The translations under genes were made by a program, and so were the position numbers. A stretch of DNA of 64,000 bases, taken from Alphaproteobacteria bacterium. GTDB taxonomy: Bacteria > Pseudomonadota > Alphaproteobacteria > JAAXGF01. The stretch lies in contig CAUVXB020000002.1 in the NCBI GenBank assembly GCA_963555825.3, positions 2,880,001-2,944,000 of the forward strand, given 5' to 3'. A model generated the notes under the pieces. The model made no database searches and was not told the DNA's origin. It saw nothing but the letters and a program-made list of their open reading frames with translations. Shown piece by piece: positions 44,038 through 53,946 of this stretch (the first letter of the stretch is position 1; every line of letters begins with the position of its first letter).

Positions 44038-45282
44038 TCATGCGGCGGCGCGATCCTGGCGTTCTCCATCTACGAATTTGACGCCGCGAATGATCTCGGC
44101 GAGATGGTTCGATCCATCGAGTTTTCTCCATTTTCTCTGAGCGCACTGGCATAGTTTGAAGACCATGGCCATCGCCGTCTTGCGCGACAGGCAGCCCTTG
44201 GTCCGGTAGGTGCGCAGACGAACCGTGGCGAACGTGCTCTCGATGGGGTTGGTCGTGCGTACATGCTTCCAGTGCTCGGCGGGGAAGTCGTAGAACGTCA
44301 GCAGGACGTCGCGGTCCTTGGCCAGGCAGGCCGCGGCCTTGTCGTACTTCGGCCCGTAGGCTTCCAGGAAGAAGTCGAAGGCGCTCTCGGCATCCTTCCT
44401 GGTTTCGGCCATCCAGATGTCTTGCAGGCGCCCCTTGGCTTTCTTTTGCAGACCCTTGGGCAGCTTGTTCAAGACGTTGCCCGTCTTGTGAACCCAGCAG
44501 CGTTGCTCGCGGGCGCCTGGGTAGACTTGGCGGAGCGCCTTCCAGAAGCCGAGCGCGCCGTCGCCGAGCGCCAGTTGCGGACCCATTTCAAGGCCGCGCC
44601 GCTTGAGATCGAGCAGAACTTCGAGCCAGGACTGCTCACTTTCGCGATAGCCGTCGGCGATGGCGATCAGTTCCTTCTGTCCCTTGTCCGTGGCCCCGAC
44701 GATCACCAGGATGCACTGCTTCTCTTCCTCCATGCGGGCGCTGAAATAGATGCCGTCCACCCAGAAATAGACGTAGCGCTTGGCCGTGAGGTCGCGCCGT
44801 TGCCAGCGCTCCGCCTCAACCCCCCAGACCTCTTTCAGCCGGGTGATCGTGGAGGCCGAAAGCCCCGGCGCGGAGCTCCCCAGGAGCGCCGCCAAGGCTT
44901 CCCCGAAGTCGCCGGTGGAAATGCCCTTCAGATACAGCCATGGCAAAAGGTCTTCCAGGCTCTTGGCGCGGCGCAGATAGCGCGGCAGGATCGCCGACGT
45001 GAAGCGGATGGCGCCGTCCCCCCGGTCCCGCACACGGGGTTGGCGCACGCTCACCGGGCCGATCCCGGTCTGGATGAAGCGTTCCGGCAGATATCCATTG
45101 CGGACAACCCGGCGGCGGCCGGCGGCGTCAACAAGCGCCGCATGGCTACCCAAAAACACGGAGACCTCGGCCTCAACGGCTTGGGCCAACAACTCGCGAG
45201 CTCCAGCTTGTAGGACTTCCGTCAACGGATCTTTCTGAAAATCAGATGGGTTTTGAAAAGCAACAACGGTATTCTCTTTCAT
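44038..45282 (-). CDS. IS256 transposase
   Basis: RNGY, PRVRDR, YLKGISTG, WVDG, GDGALGFW, QRCWVHK and RTTNPIES. Confidence 0.95.
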   Translation of the reverse strand: MKENTVVAFQNPSDFQKDPLTEVLQAGARELLAQAVEAEVSVFLGSHAALVDAAGRRRVVRNGYLPERFIQTGIGPVSVRQPRVRDRGDGAIRFTSAILPRYLRRAKSLEDLLPWLYLKGISTGDFGEALAALLGSSAPGLSASTITRLKEVWGVEAERWQRRDLTAKRYVYFWVDGIYFSARMEEEKQCILVIVGATDKGQKELIAIADGYRESEQSWLEVLLDLKRRGLEMGPQLALGDGALGFWKALRQVYPGAREQRCWVHKTGNVLNKLPKGLQKKAKGRLQDIWMAETRKDAESAFDFFLEAYGPKYDKAAACLAKDRDVLLTFYDFPAEHWKHVRTTNPIESTFATVRLRTYRTKGCLSRKTAMAMVFKLCQCAQRKWRKLDGSNHLAEIIRGVKFVDGERQDRAAA

Positions 45283-45370
45283 GGCGTATCCTTCCTTGGC
45301 TTAGCTCAAGTGGTGACATCAACAATCACCAGGATACGCCGCCTTCATTTCAACGCCGTACACAAGATTC

Positions 45371-47171
45371 GACGGGGCGGTAAAAAGTTGTTGGCCGATG
45401 GCGTGCTTGTACAGGTCTTTGCGGTTCGGTGAAGAATATTTGCCTGTCTCCGCGTTGCTGGTGGATAAAACCTGATATTACCTACCCTTGGCTTCTCCTT
45501 GGCTTCGTTTTTTATGGTGCGATTGCCGCGCAGCGTCGGATATTGAGGCCGAGGGCACGCAGATTGACCACGTAGCGCATGGCCGGCATGCCGCGAATGC
45601 GTAGGTGAGCCAGGTTCATCTGGTACTTTAATCGCGACATGGTCGCTTCTATGCCGGCCCGCCATCTGTAGACGTTGCGGAAGGCATCGCTTTGTTCATA
45701 AAGCCGGCGCTTTTGGTTGGCAGCCCTGGCCGGGGTATATTGAAAGCGGGAAAATTGGCCGTCACGCTTGGCCGCCTGCACGGGACATCGCAGTATATCG
45801 GGACATTTTTGGCAGATGGAGAGGTCGAAACGGGCCTGCAGCTTGGCTTTGGCGAGCGAGGCTGAAACCGGTTCGACGTTATTGGGACAGCGCAAGACCA
45901 AGCCTTCTTCGTTGAGAGTGAAATCCTCCAACGTCAACCGTCCCGAGACGGCGCCTTTCGGCGGTCGTGCGGGCGCCACGAGATTGATGTTCTGTTCGCG
46001 CGTCAGAGCCATGTTGTCACTGGAACCGTAATGTGAATCACCCAGCATCACCGCCGGCGTCAGCGCGCGCTCGCTCAGATCATCCAGCGCATCGGCTAAG
46101 CGATGGCCGTCATGCACCGTCATCTTGTGGACCTCCACGTGGGTGATGAGGTCCGGTGTCGCGGCAACCGCCTCGTTACTGACATCTTCACAATAGGTTT
46201 CGACGATCTGCGCCATGTATCCTTGACCCTTGTGCGCGTTGTAGCTCGCGTCCGGGTCGGCCGGATTGCCGACGGTATCGCACGGCACATCCTTTGGATC
46301 TCGAATCGCGGCGCGCGTTGCGTCACGATCGCCATACTCATCATCAACGATCTCGAACTGATCGCGCAGAACCCTCTCCAGGATCGCAAAACTGGAAAGC
46401 TTTGCCGCCGCCGTGTCACGGAATTGCAGCACCAGGGCTAGGAGATACTGACCCGCTTCGCCGAGGCGCCGTTTTGAAACACTCGGCGCCGTATTCGCGA
46501 ACGCGCCATTACCCTCGCGATCGACATAGCGGCGGATCACCTCCTTGCTGATCTGCTCGTGCAGACCGGGATGATATCGCTCAAGCTCACGGGCAAACTT
46601 CGAGATGCTCTCAACAACGATACCAAGTCGTGTCAGCGCCCGCATTGCCGAACGAAGGGCCGTCGAATCCATGCGTTGGTGGCTGGTATCGACAGAGAAC
46701 CCCTGCACCAGCCGATCCGTCAAACACCGGAACAGCAATTCATCGAGACCTTGTTCGATAAACAGACGGCGATAGTTGCGCAGGGTTTTCTCACAGAAAT
46801 AGCTGTCCGCTTCGCTGCGCACGTCCAAGGCATAGTGCCACGCCATATTGAAGGCCAGGGCCTCGACGGTCTCTGCATCGCTCAGATCGTGCAGCTGCTG
46901 CAAAAGCAAGACCCCGATGACAACGTGTAGATCCTTCGATGGTCGGCCCATGCGTTCATCAAGGTGACGGCAAAGATCGTCAACCGGAAGTTCGACAAGC
47001 AGATGGTTCCGAAAAACCCCGGCCCAGGATTGCTCCATCAGGCGCCGACGTTTGTCCCCGAAATCGGACCAGCGATCAAACAATTCCCCAGTCCGTCGGT
47101 CGCGTAAAGTAAACATGCACAATTATAATCCAGCCGACTCTCATGAGGAATCGACTTTTTACCGCCCCGTC
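45371..47171 (-). mobile_element. IS1182/IS5-like element (1801 bp) nested in the IS256 terminal repeat
   Basis: 20-bp IRs GACGGGGCGGTAAAAAGTYG; 7-bp TSD AAGATTC (45364-45370, 47172-47178). Confidence 0.88.
45512..47116 (-). CDS. Transposase (DUF772-type N-terminus + DDE)
   Basis: GRPS...LQQLHDLSD, RMDST, DPDASY, GDSHYG and YRWRAGIEATMSRLK...RIRG. Confidence 0.85.
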   Translation of the reverse strand: MFTLRDRRTGELFDRWSDFGDKRRRLMEQSWAGVFRNHLLVELPVDDLCRHLDERMGRPSKDLHVVIGVLLLQQLHDLSDAETVEALAFNMAWHYALDVRSEADSYFCEKTLRNYRRLFIEQGLDELLFRCLTDRLVQGFSVDTSHQRMDSTALRSAMRALTRLGIVVESISKFARELERYHPGLHEQISKEVIRRYVDREGNGAFANTAPSVSKRRLGEAGQYLLALVLQFRDTAAAKLSSFAILERVLRDQFEIVDDEYGDRDATRAAIRDPKDVPCDTVGNPADPDASYNAHKGQGYMAQIVETYCEDVSNEAVAATPDLITHVEVHKMTVHDGHRLADALDDLSERALTPAVMLGDSHYGSSDNMALTREQNINLVAPARPPKGAVSGRLTLEDFTLNEEGLVLRCPNNVEPVSASLAKAKLQARFDLSICQKCPDILRCPVQAAKRDGQFSRFQYTPARAANQKRRLYEQSDAFRNVYRWRAGIEATMSRLKYQMNLAHLRIRGMPAMRYVVNLRALGLNIRRCAAIAP

Positions 47172-47671
47172 AAGATTCGGTTATAGCTCTGGCCGAGCGC
47201 AATGCGGACGTGCCCGAGGACAAGCGCATCGATTTCCGCATTGGCGTCAACTTGGGCGACATCATCATCGAGGGCACCGACATTTACGGCGATGGCGTCA
47301 ACGTCGCCGCACGCCTGCAACAGCTCGCCGCGCCCGGCGGCATCGCCCTGAGCGCCACCGCTCACGAGCACGCGGTGGCAAAGGTCGACATCGGCTTCCA
47401 AGATGGCGGAGAGCACGAACTCAAGAACATTACCAAGCCCGTTCGCATCTACCACTGGTCTAACGACGACCCCGGCCGTCAGCCACACTCAGCAGGTGCG
47501 GAGGACGCGCTGCCACTACCCGACAAGCCTTCAATTGCGGTGCTGCCGTTCGTTAACATATCGGGTGACCCCGATCAGGAGTACTTCTCGGATGGCATTA
47601 CCGAGTGAGTCGGACCCGATTTCCTTGGACACAGAATTGGCTTAATCGAAGTGTCCAAGGAGGACCGGAAC

Positions 47672-48082
47672 ATGACCGACAATTTTGAGAACAAAGTTGC
47701 TGTTGATGGGCCTGTGGTAAACGAGGGCGAGCTTGGCTCGTCCACGTTTTCCCCGGGCCAGGTTTCGCCGGCAGGCCCGCTGGGACTTGGCCAGCGGTGG
47801 ACGGTGACGCGCAAGCGTGAGGTTGCCCTGCGGCTTTTGCGTGGCGAGCCGGTGGAACTTTTGTCGCGGCAGTTGGGCGTGGAGATTTTCCGGCTCGAGC
47901 AGTGGCGTGAGAAGGCGATCGCCGGGATCGATGCCTCGCTCAAGGAACGCAAGGGCGATCCGGTGAAGGCGGAACTGGACATCGCCATGAAGCGGATCGG
48001 GGAGTTGATCATGCAGGTGGAACTGCTGGAGGCCAAGACGGAGACGTCCGGCCCTTTGGGGCGGCGGAGGTCGCGGCGATGA
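47672..48082 (+). CDS. IS OrfA (HTH)
   Basis: RWTVTRKREVALRLLRGE..ELLSRQLGV...LEQWRE plus coiled coil; AGGAGG RBS. Confidence 0.85.
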   Translation: MTDNFENKVAVDGPVVNEGELGSSTFSPGQVSPAGPLGLGQRWTVTRKREVALRLLRGEPVELLSRQLGVEIFRLEQWREKAIAGIDASLKERKGDPVKAELDIAMKRIGELIMQVELLEAKTETSGPLGRRRSRR

Positions 48083-48990
48083 GTGCCGCCACCTCTCCCG
48101 GCACGGGTTTGGCCTACGGCCTCCAGCGGGTCTGTGCGGCCTGGGGTTTTGCCCGTTCCTCGTTCTACGCCATGAAATCCCGGCAGCAGGCCACCGCTGA
48201 GCGCCCACCAGCAAAGCGCCGGGGACCGAAGCCCTCGATCTCGGACGAGGCTCTGCTGGTGGCCATCGAGGCCGACCTGGAGGCATCCCCCTGGGAGGGC
48301 GAGGGACACCGCAAGGTCTGGGCTCGGCTTCGGGTCTGTCGTGGCATCCGTGTTTCCCGCAAGCGGGGGCTCCGGGTGATGCGCGAGAACAACCTGCTCT
48401 CGCCCCATCGCTGCCGCCGCCGTGGCGGAAATCCCCATGTCGGTGAGATCATCACCCATGCCCCCAACCTCATGTGGGGCACGGACGGCGTTCGGGTGTT
48501 CACGGTGGACGACGGCTGGGGCTGGATATTCACCGCCATCGAGCATTGGAACGCCGAGTGCGTCGGCTGGCATGTGTGCAAGCGAGGCGACCGCTTCGCC
48601 GCCCTTCAGCCGATCTCCATGGGGCTTGCGAGGCTGTATGCCTCGACCTCCGCCGGTGCGGCGCGGGGGCTGGCCTTGCGGATGGATCACGGCTCCCAGT
48701 ATCTGTCGGACCACTTCACCAACCAGATCAAGTTCTGGGGCATCCAGCCGTCCTACGCCTTCGTCGAACAGCCCCAGACCAACGGCGTCGCCGAGAGGTT
48801 CAATCGCACGCTCAAGGAACAGATCATCCATGGCCGCATCTACCGCAACATCGCGGAGCTGCGGAACGCCGTCCGCGGGTTCGTCGAACAGTACAATGCC
48901 CAGTGGATCGTGGAGAAGAACGGCTACCTGAGCCCCGCTCAAGCTCGTCAGGCGTGGCACACCGCGATGTCACTCAGGCCCGCCGCATGA
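48079..48990 (+). CDS. IS OrfB, rve-type DDE transposase
   Basis: PNLMWGTD, MDHGSQY and PQTNGVAERFNRTLKEQ; ATGA overlap with OrfA. Confidence 0.9.
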   Translation: MSAATSPGTGLAYGLQRVCAAWGFARSSFYAMKSRQQATAERPPAKRRGPKPSISDEALLVAIEADLEASPWEGEGHRKVWARLRVCRGIRVSRKRGLRVMRENNLLSPHRCRRRGGNPHVGEIITHAPNLMWGTDGVRVFTVDDGWGWIFTAIEHWNAECVGWHVCKRGDRFAALQPISMGLARLYASTSAGAARGLALRMDHGSQYLSDHFTNQIKFWGIQPSYAFVEQPQTNGVAERFNRTLKEQIIHGRIYRNIAELRNAVRGFVEQYNAQWIVEKNGYLSPAQARQAWHTAMSLRPAA

Positions 48991-50197
48991 GACAAACTTG
49001 TGTCCAAGGAACCGGGTGCGATACAGATGGCATTACCGAGGACATCATCACTACCCTGTCCAAGCTTGCCGGACTGCGGGTGATCGCCCGCAATTCGAGC
49101 TTCGTTTACAAGGGCCAGACCATTGACATCCGTGTGGCGGCGAAGCAGCTCGGCGTGCAATACGTGCTCGAAGGCAGCGTCCGCCGGGGCGGCGACCGCA
49201 TCCGCATCACGGCGCAGCTAATTGATGCATCCAGCGGTTCGCATCTCTGGGCCGAACGCTATGACCGTTCGGTGGAGGACATTTTCACCGTGCAAGACGA
49301 GATCACGCTCGTCCTTGCAACCGAGATGCAGGTCAAGCTGACCGAAGGCGAGCAGGCCCGGCTTCATTACACAACGACTGGCAACGTCGACGCCTGGACC
49401 CACTGGGTGAAGGGACTGTCCCATTATCGTCAGGCGGTCACGAAGGAAAACTTCACTCCAGCGCTGTCTTACTGGCAAAAAGCGCTGGCCCTCGATCCTG
49501 CCTCGGCCGCCCTGCACGGTATGATCGGCTACATGCATTACATGGATGCCCGTTTTGGCTGGTGGGACGACTGGCAAATGGCGCTCGAAAAGGCGCGCAG
49601 GTATGCGGACCGGGCGCTCGAACTCGATCCGGACAGCCCCGATGGCCACACCGCGTCGAGCCTGACCTGTTTGCTGGAGGGACGCTATGACGAAGCTGCG
49701 GTCCATGCGCACCGGGCAGCGGACCTCGCACCCGGTTCGGCCGATGCCGTGTCCTTTGCCTGCGTCGTTCTCACCAACGTTGGAAATGCCCAAGAAGCAG
49801 TGGCCCACGGCGAAAGGGCGATGATCCTCAGCCCGAACTATCCGGCCTCCTATCTGGGACAACTGGGTAACGCCTATCGCCTGGCGGGACGGATCGAGGA
49901 CGCAATAGCCGCCTTCAAGGCCTATCACGCCCGCAACCCGGGATTTGGCCTGAGTGACCTCGTCATCGTCTATCAGCAGACCGATCGGCCGGCCGAGGCC
50001 AAGCAAACGGCGGAGCAACTCCTCTCCATCCGCCGGGATTTCACGATTGCCGCCTGGGCGAAAACCCAATTTCGTGCCGATAAGGCAGGGATTGAGGCCG
50101 ACATCACGGCGTTGCGTGCCGCGGGGCTTCCGATGAACTGAGGATGATCGAAGTACCCACTCCGACATCGATCGGCAGATTGGTCGCGCCGACAAAC

Positions 50198-50273
50198 ATG
50201 TCCGCCATCGGGTCACGAGCCGATCTCTGGCGATCTCGTTTCGGATGTTTGGTTCGGAGCGGTAAGCGGACCT
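50198..50273. repeat. Degenerate ATGTCCGC...AGCGGAC palindrome doublet downstream of the cyclase gene
   Basis: ATGTCCGCCATCGGGTCACGAGCCG (50198) and ATGTTTGGTTCGGAGCGGTAAGCGGACCT (50245). Confidence 0.45.
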
Positions 50274-50356
50274 AAAACGCACGGCTTCCGAATTTCACGA
50301 CACGCGTGCCCGGGCGCGCCAATCGCGCAATAATCGGCTATACTTGCGGCCGGAAC

Positions 50357-50839
50357 ATGCTCGATCGCAGATCACTCGTCGCGCTTTCGGTGCCCGGCCT
50401 GATCCTGGTCGCGGCCTTCGTCGCGACCGCCGACGACGCCGTCATGCTGTTTCGCCACGGCGGCTGGTATGCGTTGCTCGGTAACTTCCTCGCCGTCGTC
50501 GGCTCGTTGGTGATGGTGCTCGCCGGCGGTTTTCTCGCCGTCGCGGCCGTCGTTCTGCTGCCCTTCATCCTGCTCGTGCGTGGCGAATCGGCGACCGCCG
50601 TCGCCGTCGCCGAATGGCTCGAGGCGCGCGGGCGGGACGGCAGCCGAATGGGCGCCGCCTGGCTCGGCAACGCGCCGGGCAGCGAACCCAGCCGCACCTG
50701 GGACCCGGTGTTCGGCGACTTCATGGAACCGGGCTCGAGCGCGCGCGACAACATCTGCACGGTGATCCAGCTCGGCGCCTATCCGATCGCCGCCATCCTG
50801 CTGCTGCTCGGCCTGCGCCTCTACCAGTGGCTTAGCTAG
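50357..50839 (+). CDS. Hypothetical membrane protein
   Basis: Three hydrophobic segments, host-like codon usage; no family recognised. Confidence 0.6.
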   Translation: MLDRRSLVALSVPGLILVAAFVATADDAVMLFRHGGWYALLGNFLAVVGSLVMVLAGGFLAVAAVVLLPFILLVRGESATAVAVAEWLEARGRDGSRMGAAWLGNAPGSEPSRTWDPVFGDFMEPGSSARDNICTVIQLGAYPIAAILLLLGLRLYQWLS

Positions 50840-51662
50840 GAGACGGTTTCCGCGCGGTCAGCGTCACGCCGCCCAACTTGCCGCCGTCGAACAGCATCAC
50901 GACCGTGTCGTAGAAATCGGTCAGCGCCGCGACCGTCGCCGCGCCGTGGATCGCGGTATGCGCCGCACGGTTGGCGTGATAGGCGTCGCGCCGGGCCAGG
51001 GTGAAGCCGCGCCAGCTCTCGGTCATGTCTTCGAAACCGACGTCGACGAACCCGGCGTCGCGCAACACGCCGACATAGTCGTCGCGCAAGTGCAGGGTCT
51101 GGCCGTAGATTTTCTCGGTCACCGCGTGCTGTTCACCCGCATCGAAATCGGCGTGGCGGAACAGGTCCTCGACATAGAGCCGACCGCCCGGCTTCAGCGT
51201 CGCGATCGCCTTGGCGAACAGCGCCCGGTGATCGGCGATATGGTAAACGGCGAGCCAACTGACCAGCGCGTCGTGGGTGTCCGCCGGCAGCTCCGCGGTC
51301 AGCACGTCGCCGCAAAGATGCGTGACGCGGTCGACGAGGCCGCAGCGCTCGGTCAGCGAGCGCGCGATACCGTCGATGTCGGCCTGCAGCTCGATCGCCG
51401 TGACGTGGCAGCCGGTCCATTGCGCCAGATAGCGCGCCGGGCCGCCGAGCCCCGAACCGACGTCGAGCACCCGGCTGGCGCCGCCGATGCCGAGCGCCTC
51501 GATCGCCGCGTCGACCGCCTCGGTGCCGAAATAGTGGAACTGGTCGAACGGCGTCAGGTCGTCGACGGTCAGCGGGTCGTCGGCGCCGATGCCGACATGG
51601 GCGAGGTCGTTGTAAATCCGCTCGACGCCTTCGTAGAGCTTCATCGATTTGATCGTGGTCAT
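50832..51662 (-). CDS. Class I SAM methyltransferase (sarcosine/dimethylglycine N-methyltransferase-like)
   Basis: [23 protein letters not shown] and LKPGG. Confidence 0.85.
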   Translation of the reverse strand: MTTIKSMKLYEGVERIYNDLAHVGIGADDPLTVDDLTPFDQFHYFGTEAVDAAIEALGIGGASRVLDVGSGLGGPARYLAQWTGCHVTAIELQADIDGIARSLTERCGLVDRVTHLCGDVLTAELPADTHDALVSWLAVYHIADHRALFAKAIATLKPGGRLYVEDLFRHADFDAGEQHAVTEKIYGQTLHLRDDYVGVLRDAGFVDVGFEDMTESWRGFTLARRDAYHANRAAHTAIHGAATVAALTDFYDTVVMLFDGGKLGGVTLTARKPSPS

Positions 51663-51793
51663 TCGGCGAGCCCCCGGCCCGGCAATTTCAGCGTCGCCAT
51701 TATAGGGGCTTGCGCCTTCGGTGTTCGAGCGCCACCATCCGCGGCGCGTCCCGCGTGGCGTGGCGGCTGTCATCTGGCCGGGGAGACGAGACA

Positions 51794-53290
<1,497 letters not shown>

Positions 53291-53375
53291 GGTTGGCCGG
53301 TCAGGCCAATCAAAGGGTGCCGCGGCGCCGCGTTTCGTGGCACCATGGCGGTCCGGACGCTGGGTGGGGGCGCGG

Positions 53376-53936
53376 ATGGCCGAGATAATCCTCTTCGTGA
53401 TTCTGGGCGTGGCGGTTGCCGTCGTCGCCTGGGCGATCGCCGTCTACAACAAGCTGGTGCGCAAGCGCACCATGGTGAAGGAGGGCTGGAGCGGCATCGA
53501 CGTCCAGCTCAAGCGGCGCTCCAATCTGATCCCCAACCTGATCGAGACGGTCAAGGGCTATATGGGCCACGAGCGCGGCGTGCTCGAAGAGGTCACCGAG
53601 CTGCGCTCGCGCTCGATGGGTGGCGGCACGCCGGGCCAGCAGGGCCCGATCGAGGGCGCGTTGAGCCGCGCGCTGGGCAAGCTGTTCGCCGTCGCCGAGG
53701 CCTATCCCGACCTCAAGGCGAGCCAGAACTTCGCCGATTTGCAGGACGAGCTGTCCGAGACCGAGGACCAAATCCAGCTCGCCCGGCGCTATTACAACGG
53801 CGCGGTGCGCGACCTCAATATCCTGATCGAGCAGTTCCCGAGCAATCTGATCGCCGGCCGCTTCGGTTTCATCCAGGCCGAGTTCTTCGAGATCGAGGAC
53901 GCCGCCGACCGCGCCGTGCCCGAGGTCAAGTTTTAG
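53376..53936 (+). CDS. lemA: LemA family protein
   Basis: YNKLV, WSGIDVQLKRR..LIPNL, AEAYPDLKA, ARRYYN and FPSNLIA. Confidence 0.93.
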   Translation: MAEIILFVILGVAVAVVAWAIAVYNKLVRKRTMVKEGWSGIDVQLKRRSNLIPNLIETVKGYMGHERGVLEEVTELRSRSMGGGTPGQQGPIEGALSRALGKLFAVAEAYPDLKASQNFADLQDELSETEDQIQLARRYYNGAVRDLNILIEQFPSNLIAGRFGFIQAEFFEIEDAADRAVPEVKF

Positions 53937-53946
53937 GCGCGCGGCA

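Larger units (their letters stand above)
44007..47189 (-). mobile_element. IS256-family element (1375 bp excluding the nested IS)
   Basis: IRs GAGCTATTGTCAAAAGTTGTGTATGG and (rc, reconstructed) GAGCTATAACCGAATCTTGTGTACGG; 9-bp TSD TGGCCGAGC (43998-44006, 47190-47198). Confidence 0.93.
47606..49025 (+). mobile_element. IS3/IS481-like element (1420 bp) with a 15-bp target duplication
   Basis: TG...CA ends; IRs TGAGTCGGACCCGATTTCCTTGGACACA and (rc) TGTATCGCACCCGGTTCCTTGGACACA; GATGGCATTACCGAG duplicated at 47591-47605 and 49026-49040. Confidence 0.9.
43748..50141 (+). pseudogene. Adenylate/guanylate cyclase - TolB-N-like - TPR protein interrupted by three IS elements
   Basis: Segments 43748-44006, 47199-47605 and 49041-50141 sum to 1767 nt in one frame (588 aa): RRLAAIL, KLMGDG, FRIGVNLGD, GDGVNVAARL, PSIAVLPF, YFSDGITEDII, then TPRs. 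Confidence 0.92.

Noticed and set aside
48474-50141. 555-aa novel fusion protein
   Set aside because: The N-terminal part is an alternative frame of the IS OrfB running into the 3' fragment of the interrupted cyclase gene.
40959-50273. Classical integron with attC cassettes
   Set aside because: No IntI tyrosine recombinase and no clear RYYYAAC/GTTRRRY core sites; kept only as a tentative palindrome observation.
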